From Azolla caroliniana (Eukaryota; Plantae; Polypodiophyta): a stretch of DNA of 64,000 bases. Below are positions 36,911 through 49,990 of the stretch, piece by piece. The translations under genes and the position numbers were made by a program. Location: assembly GCA_043228905.1 (NCBI GenBank), contig JBHGNT010000003.1, positions 20,398,001 to 20,462,000 of the forward strand, given 5' to 3'. Within the stretch, counting starts at the first letter, position 1, and each line of letters begins with the position of its first letter. The notes under the pieces were generated by a model, which worked only from the letters and a program-made list of their open reading frames with translations, did not search any database and was not told the origin of the DNA.

Positions 36911-37639
36911 AGGGGGGGGGGGGGGGGGAGAGAGAGAGAGAGAGAACACAAATAACAACATTTCCTTAACGAGTGTCAGAGTTGATGAGCACAAAAGAGT
37001 TTATTGTTCGTCGGTAGATGAAAGAGCAATGCCGAGCAGAAGTACAACAGAGGCGTAAGTGGAGGTCACAAAGCCTATTGCCTGTCAAAATGCTACAACT
37101 GTTGCTACACCATGTGACGTTGCTCGGTGTTGACAAAACAAGCCTTGATAGGCTTCATACCTATCACTACCCTTTTCCCTTCTTTCACACAAACTTACCC
37201 CCACCCCTAAGAGCTTTATGTCACACCCTTTGGAGGGGAGAACTTTATGTTCCAAAAATACCCTCTAAATTTAAGATATACCCAAAAAAGTCCTAAAATC
37301 TACCCCCTTTTCCGCTCATATACATAAAGATGTAACTTATCCAATCAGGCAAAAAAAAGACTCGTGTGATCTAGGGATAGATGTATGTAGATCGCATATC
37401 TAGCCATCAAAAAGCACTATCATGAAGTGTGGATATTGATGCAAATCACACATCCTAGCAAAAAAAAGGAAACATATATGTAGTGATTACATCTTATAAA
37501 AACATCCCATATATGGATAGGGGTATACATATATTTTATGAGCAATGGTGCTCTAGTGTGAGCTATGGATAGGTATATCTTGAAATAAAAAACAAATCTT
37601 GTAACTTATCATGAGATTGGTTATGCACATAACAATAAG

Positions 37640-38030
37640 CCATACACATGTGAGCTCAACCTTCCAGGTGATCCATTCAATGTGAAACTCAAATCATCAC
37701 CCCCTCTTAATACATTATCATGGCTCTCACAAATTGCATTATATATGTATTATGGAGGTTGTAAAAAGGAGGTGATACTCATCCTCTACCAACCCTTCCT
37801 TGCATACCTTACAAGCCTTTATATTTTATGCATTTTCATGATACAATGCAACTTTGACACCTAGCTTGTGCAATCAAGTGCAAAAAAGTGTTAGGCTCTA
37901 CAAGAGTTAACGCTTGTGTTAGTAATGAGATAAGGTTCAATCCAATCAATAGGCCTTCTTCCCTTATATTGAGCCTGACATTCAAGGTTGATGTTTGCAA
38001 TGTAATATTCTAATTTTGATCTCCTTCATG
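37640..38030 (-). mobile_element. Older degraded fragment of the same LINE family
   Basis: Sequence parallels 35905-36280 (CATACACAT.TGAGCTCAACCTT; TCATCCTCTACCA; TAATGAGATAAGGTT; ACATTCA.GGTTGA..TTTGCAATGTA.TATTCTA). Confidence 0.8.
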
Positions 38031-39425
38031 TTAATGCCACCTCACTGCATACATTGATCCCATACAATTATTGCCCTACATGCTACTTTAACTAACTTGA
38101 TGTTCTTTAATGATGATTAAATCTCTTTACTCACACCCTAGATGAACTATAGCATTCTTCTCTTGAAATGGAATTGCAAAGAAGCAATTGTCATAGAACT
38201 GCGAGGGGAGTTAGCAAGCTACCTATTATTATACATCTAGCCCTTTCTCATCTCTCTACCTAGAAATTTTATTCAAAATTATATTATTTAGTTGCTGTTA
38301 TTATTTTCTAACCTCCTAACAAGTAATAATCCTCTGATTTGAGTTCTTTTGACACTGCTAGTCAAAACTTCATTCACATCTCCCCTAATCTTAATCAAAT
38401 TTATGTGTTTATAGTGACCATGTTTCACAATAACTTTACCATCAGTAAAATCAAAAGGATCATCCTACTTACTCAACTACTACTGCAATCTGTACCAAAG
38501 TACATTGAATGAATTGATGATTAAACTTTTTAAAAAACAAAATGTTGTTTTGTAGGAGATACAAGGCATATATGGATGTTTTCCTTTTGTTTGCTGATAT
38601 GGCTGATGGCAACATTACATACAAAGTTGAGGGGATGGAATTACACAATGGACAACATCTTCAAGGGGGGCGAAGTTAGAATATTCTAGAGGTAATGAGG
38701 TTAATCATATACTCCGACACACTCATATACATCAGCACAACCATATATGCTTTTAGATATAGATAATTTGGATTTTGGAGAAAAAATCGCTATGTACCTT
38801 GATGATGGCTCAAACTTTTTTGAGAAGAAATAAACTCTTGAAAGACTTCAATCAAACTAAAAAAATATTGAAGACAATGCTTTGCCCTCCCCATACTGCT
38901 ATAATTCCCAATTCGAATTCACTGATCAGTTTCTCTACAACAGAACCATAACGTTTTACTATTGAAGATTGATCTTCACTTGATGATTTACCAACTAGCA
39001 CTAAGTGCGACATTTCCACATAATTCATGAATAAACATTTCTTCTGCTTTCACATTGCAATCTTCCAATTCTCACGTGTACACTGAGCTTTTTTCCTCAT
39101 CGCTTTCATCCATGGAAGACACTATTTGCAAAAAGATAATTCTGCATCATGCCCGACATGAGTGACATTTACACCCTCTTGATTTTTTCGAGAACACTGT
39201 ACATCGACTCCTCTCTGCTCATATTAAAATATTTTTCAGTTGTTTATCCCAACCACACGTTATTCCAACGCATCAAGATGTGTAGACATTCCTATTTTCA
39301 CTTGAATTTCAGCATCTATGATGAAGGAAAAATGGTAGAACCAGGTTTCACATCCATATCTCAGTAATCTTCAAACTGTCATCTGGTGTAAGAGTGAAAT
39401 TTCATACTAATATTCACCGCAAACC

Positions 39426-42400
39426 TCAAAGTGCTCTCGTATTATATGAACCACAATTTTTGCATTTGTGATACAGCCAGTGAAATGGAGCAGAGCTCTT
39501 TAGTTCACAATCATGACAAAGTATCTCCTGCATCAGAAAATCATAGATCAATACTTCTGAAGATGTATAATATATATTGCTTAGAAAATATTCAACTCTG
39601 AGAAATTACTTGCTCTCTGTTTCTATACTCTTCAGGAAGTTGTTCAGAAGCTAACAGAGCATCAAGCATACCAAAATAAGCCTGGAATACATTCTCATTA
39701 GAGCATCAATGAATACATGTAGAACAAGAACTTCGTTTAAGAAACAAAAACAAACTATCTAATACTTACATCCATTGCACCTAGAGATTTGCTGCATATG
39801 GGACATGTATAATGGCTATAAGTATACGCCTGAAATATCAAAATTAGTATGAAGCATATTTCTACTAAACTTGGTAATTTGTATTGATGGTAGTTTTTTG
39901 ACATTGATTTTTTACCCGATAACAATCAGAGTGCATAAAGTGCCCACAAGAGAGAGCCTTCACAGGAGTATGTGATGTGAAAAGAAAATCATGACAAATA
40001 GGGCAATTTGATTCTAGACCCTTTTCCCGGCATTTATGACTCCTTAAAGAAGTAGACATGCATGCGTTGCAAGTCATACAATGGAAGAAATCAATCCCAA
40101 GACCTTTACCAACCCTGCACAAATTGCAAGATGGGCAATGGTAGATCTCCCTGCAAAGATTTGAGGTATTTCAACAATAAAATTACTGCAAAAAACAGAA
40201 TTAAGTCAAAAATAAACTGAAATGTTTTATATGATATGAATCACCTTGAATCATCAAAGAGTTTGCATATACTGCAGTAGTACTTCCCCATGCAAAATCC
40301 GTCACACGATGGAGTAGAACAGTACTGCGCAATGGGTTGTATCTTCATGCATTTCATGCACATCATCTCCTTTGTTGCTTGTCTGGTATTAAGGGATTAG
40401 GAATAATAAGCCACTCTGTAGTAACAAGATCTTAAAACACTTTTTTTCCATTGAAATCACCTGTCCATAGTATGGTCGCTAACTTTATCGTGGCAAAGTT
40501 GGCAAGCAAAAAGGAGTCCACAGCAGGATGCACGTACTTTGCAATTGCGCTTGTAATGCTCACATCCAAAGACCTGGTTGCTTTCATCCGTATAAGAAGG
40601 ACACTGATCCTCCTCAACATCCAAGGATCTTTGAATACCTTGAGAAGCCTGTTGCTGGGCCACAATCCAGCGACTGGAACACTATTGATGTTAGAAATCC
40701 AGCAATGAAAATCGGAAAGTAAAATTACAGCAACTGTAAACATTAGATGTTAGAAAGTATAGCTCTTGGAAAAAACATCAAAATACCAATAAACTTTTTT
40801 GGTATTTACCTGAATATTAAATTATCAAAAAATACCAGTATACTTAATTTACCACCACATAGGCCCATTTCGCTTATGTTTAACAACTTAGGATCCTCCA
40901 GCACATAGAGAAGAATTCAGGGCATATTTAGATGTTTTTTACCTGATGATAATTGGGAAAAAAATAAAAATAATTATAGAATTATACCTAGTCAATAAAT
41001 TTTGCATGAGATAGTCTTTACGCCTTGGATCAAGAGATGTGTCCCTTGAGACCCTTCGGACAGCAGCTTCAAGCTCCTTCTCATTCATTCTGAAGATATC
41101 CTGCCAGCCTGGTTTGAACTCTGTAGAACCTGACTCAATTTTCCCTTGATCACAAACAGAACTCTCCAAATCTCTAATAGCAGAAGTCTGACAAGAAACA
41201 TTTGTGTCGTCATGATGCTTAACTCGGGTATCCTGACGTGGTAGATCACAACCCTTAGTTTCCATACGACCATTTGTTCCAGATGACTGTGCTATGCATT
41301 CCTCACTATTATGTGTGCCTTTTGAGAGGTAATCTGCAACCAGCTGTAAGCTTTCAGGAGTCCCCGATTCAGGTACTTCATTATCTAAAAGAGGAGAACC
41401 AGGTGAGCCTGCAGGTGTTCCTTTCCACCATGCGCGTAACCATTTATCAAACATGGTGTTCCTAGTCACCTGTAGCCAAGTATCCATCATACTACTTTGT
41501 TCTTCCTCAGACAGGGCTGTGGTCACCCAAGGAAGCATAGCTTGCAATACTTCAGCACCTGTGGTTCCTATGATCTGGCCGACGATCTTCTCCTGTTCTT
41601 CAACAGTGAAATGTAAGGAAAACAAAGGCCATAACTCGATTTCTTCTCTTGATACGTGCTGATCTAGAGTGACATGCACAGATTTGCACATGCCCTGCAA
41701 CTTTGCTGCAAGACCTTGCCTGTAAAGGATGTCCTCTTCATACAGTTTTATAATGTTTTCTTCACATCCATGGACACTGCTAGAGCCTTCTGATTTTTCT
41801 TGAATATGGGATAGCTCAGAGAGCAAGCTGTAGATTTCTTTAAACAGCTCTTCTTCATGTTTGTGATCTATGGTATAGGAGTGACTTACATTGTGAAGGG
41901 CCTCTCTTGCTTCTAGAGCAGGAAAGACAATGTCATCTTCTGCATTGCTGTGAGCAAGATACAAACCCCATAAAAGTCTGAACCTGCCATTGAACTGTCT
42001 TAAAAATTCAGCATTACAGCCAACTAGCTTCGCTGATTCATCATCGAGGTATTCAAGATCTTTCCGGATTGCTTTATGGAACTGAAAGATTGTATCAATA
42101 GGTTTCGACATTGATCCTTCTTCGGGATTTCTAAGATTGTTTCCCAAACCAAATAATCCTGAATCAAGGTAACCTCTGTGAAGGGATTTCGACCATGACG
42201 TCTTCATGGATCTTCTTCTAGATCCTGACGCAAAGACAGAACCACTAGTGCCTACTCCCAAAGCAGGTACACAACAACGAGCAGGTTGACTAGTTTCTTT
42301 TGGTTGATTACTCTTTAAAGTTGATAAGATTGCTTCAGGCATTACCTCAGTGCTACTGTACACTAGAAATTTTGTCACTACAGATTCTGGATTAGCATTG

Positions 42401-45400
42401 GCATTTTTTCCTTGGTTATTGGATGGTTGGGAGGACTTTTGTTCTTCCTGAGATAATTCCCCAGAAAAATAGTGTTTATTAAAGGAGAAACAACTCACAC
42501 CACCAGAAACTATGGAACTATGATATCGCCCCTTACAAGCCCATCCCAAGAGCAATGTTACCAAAGCTGCATCGCTTTCCGGTGCTGCAAACCCCATTAC
42601 CAACAAAAGAGATTAACAATCGTAAAAGTTCAGAAAATGCTAAAGAGAAAACAAGCACAGTTGATAGGTCATTTTACTCTTCAATCAGCAACATCCACGC
42701 TAGTTCCTACCAGCATCTTCTTTTAGAAAAAACAGTGACAGACACTAAGGACATCAATATGAGGCACTGTTGAACCTTCACACTTCTAATGTTGTTTCCT
42801 GAACCGGCCATGCATATGAACCAAGGGGATAGATTCTGACTTGATGAATGTTTTGCCATAAAAGGATTTGAGAAATGTCTCCTCAAATCATAGTTCAGTC
42901 AAGATCCTTCTCTAAAAATGAATTCCATGTGCATATGACAGATTAAACAAATAAATTCCTCCTTCCCATTTTCTATGTTGATTGCCAAGTATGCAACTTT
43001 ATACTGTGATTATTGATCAATGAAATAGAGAGAAAGAGGCAGAGAAAGAACCTGCTAAACATATATTTTGAATCAGATTGTCAACTTCATCCTTATTAAG
43101 TGCATTTATAAGCCAGGGAAGGACCTTCTCCAGTTGTTTCAAAGGCATAACACGGAGACATTGATACACCAAACCTTGTTGCTCTTTGATACTTAAGTTG
43201 TTTTTTGCAAGAAGCAACACCTAACACAAATGACAATACTGTCAATGCCTGCCACTGAGAGGTCTTATTTCAGGTCAAAAAACAGCTTGCATCATAAAAA
43301 AAGAGAGGATGACAACACTATCTATCCAAAAAACAGTTTGGTCAGACCATTACTACTTTCTAGCATTTTTACAATTGATTAGAAAGTGAGAGCTCAGGGC
43401 TTTCCACACGCTTCAGTAAAAAAGCCATAGTGGTTACACTTAAGTTACAAGCCACACAGCCTTACCTCTTCTGATTCATCTATTAAACTCTGGCTGATAT
43501 TCTTGCAAACCAGTTTTGTATGTTCATGGAGAGTGTTGAGCATCTCAACTGTCAGGGATACTTTTCTCATTTGCAAACTCTCAAGTAAATGGCGTATATC
43601 ATCAAAATGCCGCTCTTCTTCAGCATGTTTAGAGGTGAAACACATATGATATTTTGTTTTTTGTCGTATTGTTGGGAGTAAAACCTTTTCAACAGCAACA
43701 CTGTGAAAACATTCAAAATCATTAACGCATGCTTTGCTGTTGCAGGATTTGTTCTTTAAATAGGTAAATATTAAAAGGTATTAACAAGATGCATATGCTA
43801 TCTTGATTATGAAATACAGCTTAACAATTATTCTCAATGGACACATCAATACTTGGACTACATACACCTCTGTAACAGCAATGAAATAATATTGAGCCAC
43901 AAAGAGCAATGAATAGCTGATATCACCAAAAACCAACTAAGATTAGAGGAATAGATGTGAAAATAAATTTAGCGCATTTACCTGCGGAAAGTGCAAGCTT
44001 CCACCAAGATATGGAAGCAATCACAGAATCCCGAAAAATCTGTACCCATCGTTGATCGTAGTTTTTTGGCTTCATCTATTAGACGGGTGAGTTCTTTCTT
44101 GATAGCAGTGTGCCAATATAAAACTGTATCAACAGGAAAGTAGCTCTTCATTTGTACTTCTACTTCACCATGACTGTCGAAACCAAGGCAGTCCACTTTC
44201 CGCTTAGAAGGTAAGATATTATTCCCTTCCACAATACCAGGCTTACAATGAAAGTTGCCTTCATTTGCCTTTCTTATAACGATAGGTTTAGCAACATTTC
44301 TACATGTGTCCACGTTCATGACAGAATCTTCAGGAGCAATGTCTTGTAACATTGCATGCGGTCCTCTGAGCCATGCAAATATAACCTGGACAAACACAAA
44401 CTAACATCCATAAGCTCAACAAAATAACAGCTTTCATTGCCTAAATTTTTCTAAAAGGTAAGAAAACCCGTACCTTTTGAAGTAGTTCTTCCTTTGGGAT
44501 GATTTTCTGCATGCAAGCAATCATTTCTTGGTGTTCCTCCTGTGAAAGGTACGATACCAGCCAAGGAAGAAAGATCTCCATGAGATTCACAGGAATGCTG
44601 CACATAAATTGCCATACAAGTCCTGCTTGCTCCTCAAAACTGAAATGCTGTATCAACAATGGATACACCTACAACCATGAAATTCAAGAAACGCTGACAT
44701 AAATCCAGAAATACTTCAACTAAAACTTGAGCAGCGACAAACACTAAATAAGCTCAAAATCCATAATAGCATAGCTGGAAACTTGAAAGAAAATCTACTT
44801 TAGTGGAGTTTCATTATAACATAAATGCTTGCATAAACACAAATAATATATATGTATATGGAAAGAACAATATATTAACATCTATTAGAAAGAAGATAAG
44901 ATATAATAATGTATTTTAATAAGCTCAAATGGCCTATAGAACCAACAAAATTGCATCCAAATGAAATCGGATATCATATCTGGTAACAATGGAAAATAAA
45001 AGGAAAAAGGAAACTCTATCTACGGTAAACGGAATGCAGTTAATCAAACAGGGGTAATATGAATTGAGTGACATGTCAATAGTACGAAAACTACCCATAC
45101 ACAGGAAGGGAACGCATTTCACAAGATTTCGCATGGATCTCACTAGATTGACATGAATATCCTTCATAGATTATAGTGTTCAGATCTGTGCAATAGAGAT
45201 CTTTGAGAACAATCAAGCCAGATGACTAGCCAACGACATTCCTCACAAGATCTCCCATGGGTCTCTCTAGATCGACATCAATATCCTACATACTTTACAG
45301 TGTGAAGATCCACGCATTAGAGGTCGTCGAGAACAATCAAGCCAGATGACTGGCCAACTAGGTTCCCTTAGAGGGATGCTTTAGAGATGCCGCCAAGGTA

Positions 45401-48400
45401 TGGTGTTGAAAATGCCCTTGCATCTACGAAGACAGTGAAAATGCCCTTGACTCTCATAGAAGGCTGATCAGCTACAATAGATTAATGTGCATAGTGTGGT
45501 GTGAAAGACATGTGCTTGCACACTATACATTAAAGAACTTGTAGACAGAGTCATCCTGTAAACCATGTCTCTGTAGCAACAACCATCAAACTAATATCAA
45601 TCCCCATCCTCCATGAAATGCCAAAGGCAATCTCTCAGAAAAATCAATCCTCTTTAATGGGATGTCTAATTATGCCTTGCCTCTACAAACGAAATGCTCC
45701 TCATTCTCTGCCTCTCCAATGAAAATCAAACATATCCTCATGTACAGGCCATAGCAGCAAGGTTGCCGAATGAACCAATCTGCTTGAATTTCATAAATTG
45801 GTCTAGATTAGGTTCTAGAGAGTATTGGTAGAAGAGAGAAACAATTTTAGAAATATTGCAGAAGCTTTTCATACATTTGAAGAACTGTGTGATATCGTTT
45901 TTTGTATGTGTTTGGCTATTTGATGTAACTTGACATATACTTGAAATCAAAGCCATCACTTGCAGAATAGACCTCAGACTTTCGAAGTAAATTATCTGTA
46001 CTTAGAAATGGTAACTAAAAAAGGCGATGGATAAATGTTCATAGGCATATACATGAAAACAGATCCTGTCGACTATTTATCACCCTGTCTAAAGTAGGCA
46101 CTGTGTATGCCATTAGAAAATAAATAATATTAGATACCTGGAAGCAGAAGATCTGATGCTAGAAAGACAACTTAATAAATGTCCAGACAAAGGTCTTATT
46201 TGTTTAAGTGCAATGAATCCCTGTTCTAGATGTATACGTTCAGAATATACAAAACCTTATGAGGTTATGATGGGAACTTCATTCTAGTCTATATTCTGAA
46301 ATATACTGATATTGATAATATATTAAGAAACTGGTAAAATATACATTAAGAAGGGCATGGTTTACCTGCTGCTCTTCCTTTGAGAGATGTTGACAGAGAG
46401 TAGTTTGAATAGCCTCTGTGCAGCAAATAAGTTGTCGCCGCAATTTGGTTGTTATATTTGATTTCTCCTTCAGTGCAAGATTAAGTAACTCTAGCATCTG
46501 ATCAAAAAGATCACTCTCCTCCTTGTGCTCTAGTGAATAAGTCTTTGCTACATTTTTCACTCGACTGTCAAGAGCTGGAAATATAACCTGTTTAACAGCA
46601 CTCCATTCAATCCATGCAAAATATTAGAACATAAAAACTACACTAGTCATTTCAGTCCCATTCTGTAATTTTCTGGTAGCTTACATTATAGCAGCAGAAT
46701 AGTAAATTTGAGAGAAATTGGATTAATATTAGCTCAAAAAATGCTCCAATGACTTTCTACCTGAACTCAATGGGTGTTACCATCTTTAATATCCTCTCTC
46801 ATTCTCAAATTTCTCTCTTACAATCAGGGTTTGTGCTTCTTCCACATCTTAACAGTTTCAGGGTGTGCTTATTTGAAGTTTAACTTTTTTACTATTGATA
46901 TTTAAAATACATTACAGACAACTTTATGTATATTGTCCTTTCTTATGCAGATACGCAAATAAGTGATCAAATCAGCATTGTCCAATATCCACAACCCACA
47001 CACAACAAAAGGAGCATCAGATCCGAGGGCACAAGATACGTCTCTTACAACACTAATCAACAACAAGGTAAAAATAATACATGAGATTTTACTCAGTCTA
47101 TATGGGATGGTAAGGATAGAAGATAAAGAGCTAGAGATGCAAGAGCTTAAAAATCAAGAATTACAACATTTAATGTAAATATAACACATCCAACTACCAA
47201 GCTCAAGATGTTATAATCTCCAAATTTCTTGAAACGAGACTTGCCTATAGTCTTATCTTTTTTTTTCTTGATGAGTATGAACACCCAGAAGATAATATGA
47301 ATGAAACATTAATGTATGCAAAAGGTAAGTCTATAATGCATACTGCTATTAGAATGAGAATATATAGGATTGTTTGCATATAGAGAAAATGGCACCAGAG
47401 AATGAGAAGCTTGAATTTCTCTAATCTAAAATAAGACATTCTCAAAGGCTTCAAAATTTTATTCATAGGAAGCCACTGCAAGAAACAAGCGAAGCTTGCA
47501 ATCCACAAGTTCATTACATATGATTTTTCAAGTTTGTGAGAGCATCCAAATTATCATGGATGGAAGAAAAAAGACAAATCAGATATGCTTGTCTCTAATT
47601 GCAACATTGGAAAAGATGAATGGTTCATGTACAACTATACATTAGACATCTTGTTTTTGGTTGCAAATGCTAACATATCAAAGCCACAAAACAATCAAAG
47701 TGTTTGCAAGAGGCTAAGATCATTCCATTGTTCCATTCTGTGACCCATGCATGATAATAACATATCCTAACAAAGGAATGATAGATAATCAACATGCGAA
47801 TTTGTAGTATAATAATAGGGAAGACTTGAAATAAAGAATCTCTTGATACAAAAGAAACCGTCTATGGGAAAGATGCTCATGATTGATATGATAAAAATAT
47901 CGGTTCACAACATCAGAAAACTACACATGACATACCCAAATTATACAGGGCTCACAGATCCTAAAGTAGACAAAGAATACTTGCAAACTGTGCATCTCTC
48001 AGATCTAGCAATGGCTAGCATTGAATATGGTGTCATTAGAAATTCAAAGCTTCCTTAAACTCTGAACAACCTTAAGGTCAGAGCTACCATGGTCTAAACA
48101 CAGAAGATTGTATGATCTGGTTATACAAGACGCAAAATAACAATAGATGAACACCCCAACGAGTTCAGTAGAATGCATTGTAAAATATGATAGAGGAGAA
48201 GTTGCATAGATAGTGTTTGAATATTACCAACACTTCAAGCTGTTGATAGCATCAATACATGGAATCAAATGCGAGAAAAATGTGTGTTAAAAGGCTTACT
48301 TCATGTTAGCAATGAAAAAAGCATTAAAAGAGCATAAAATATATTAGAAACTCGACTGTTTTTTCCAGAATTATGAAATTCCTACACTCACCATATGAGC

Positions 48401-48840
48401 AATTTACATATGGCTAATTTACATATGTTGGACTAATATATAACTATTATATCTCAAAGCATAATCTAATACCAATCTCTAACCATATTATAATGCAAAG
48501 TCTAATCTGAGAACAATCTCAAATAACATTTAAAAGAAAACGACCAACATACCTCATCCTCAGCATTACTGTGTTGTGTGTACACAAACCGCAAGAATTC
48601 GTATCGATCATGAAGGACTAGGAACTCTTCTTCTCCTCCATTTTCCACAGCAAGCGCATCAGCATAGAGTCTCTCTAACTCTGCTTTGATTGCCTTGTGG
48701 AAGAAAAGGAACTCTAGGATCGGAAAATTCCTTGCAGCTTTAGATGAAGTTGATGTAGTAGTAGTCATAGATGTAGATGTTGCTTCTTGAACGAACAATG
48801 TACCCAGACGAGGATAATCCACTTCTACTGAACCTTCCAT
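39426..48840 (-). CDS. BTS: BRUTUS-family iron-regulatory E3 ligase (3 hemerythrin domains, CHY zinc finger, CTCHY, RING, zinc ribbon); exons 48840-48553, 46587-46366, 44668-44474, 44385-43982, 43700-43466, 43220-43052, 42584-40988, 40673-40461, ~40382-40245, ~40150-39916, ~39829-39770, ~39681-39610, 39527-39426
   Basis: Motifs FHKAIKAEL, HSNAEDEVIFPAL, PIDTIFQFHKAIRKDLEYLD, FKPGWQDIFRMN, GCEHYKRNCK, NCPICHDFLFTS, YTCPICSKS and FHWLYHKCKNCGSYNTR. GT-AG introns have consistent phases. Confidence 0.95.
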
Positions 48841-49439
48841 AGTGCTCGATTTCAACACAACGACCAAACCCTCTAGAGAGAGAGAAAGTTGAGAGTTTTC
48901 CTGATATATCTACAATGATGTTTGTGCATAAAAGAGATGTGGTTATCCTCTTTCACTGGTGTTTCTGATGCACATAACTGATCATATTTGCGCATAAAAT
49001 ACATGAAACATATCCGATTGACTAATGTTTCTGATCCTTTCGATGCTATTTGCACCTAAAAGAGAAGTAATTTCTTCCTCTATTTTACTAACGTGAATTC
49101 TTTTTCTCTTTTGGTCCCTGGCAGTGGATATGACTTTCTTTCTTTCACTATATCAACAAAGCAGCTTCGACATAGAGATCAAAACCATAGAAAAAAATAA
49201 GAGCTTTCTCCGCTGATATCTGCACATGGAAGAGAGAAAGTCAATCATGTTTTACTAATATATAATTCTCTCTCCTTTACTCTGTTTTACTCACAAGAAC
49301 AAGAAGACCTTTTTCTTCTTCTTCTTCGAATGCTGCTACTTCTTCAGGTGTTGTAATATACGCTGTTCAATCCGACTGTACCTCTTTCTCTTTCTCTTTC
49401 TCCTGCGTGTGCCTATAAGCTTTTGTAATCTATCCGACT

Positions 49440-49990
49440 GTATTACTCTCTCTCTCTCTCTCTCTCTGTGTGTCTGTGTATGTGCGTGTGTCCGTGCGTG
49501 CGATAGAATCTGTGTCTGTATGTATAAGAAAGGGGGGGGGATGGAAAAAGCCTGTGTGTGTGTGTGTTATGTTGGGCTCACACATCTGGGCACGAGGCGA
49601 CCTCAGTCTGTCGCATGGCCTGGGACAGCCTCTCTCTCTCCTCCCCTGCTCTCTCTGTCTCTGTCTCTCTCTCTCTCTCCTCCCCTGCTCTCTCTGTCTC
49701 TCTCTTTCTCTCACCTCCCCTGTTCTCTCTCTCTCTCTTCCTTTTCCTTTCTTGTTTTCGTCGTTCTTTATCCATCCCCTCGGTGCTCACTCATCCTTTC
49801 CTTTCCCCCATCTCACCCCAGCCTTCACGAATTATGAATCAAAGGAGGAGGAGGATTATCATGATCATGATGAATGGTAATGACTGATGATGATCATGAT
49901 GAACGATGATGATGATGATGATGATGATGATGAATGATGATGATGATAAATGATGATAAATGATGATAAATGATCATCATCATCATGAGC
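49440..49990. repeat. Compound microsatellite block upstream of BTS: (CT)n/(GT)n, duplicated CTCCTCCCCTGCTCTCTCTGTCTCT unit, then (ATG)n
   Basis: Directly visible. It generates spurious low-complexity ORFs (poly-RE, poly-LS, poly-D/M/H). Confidence 0.9.
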
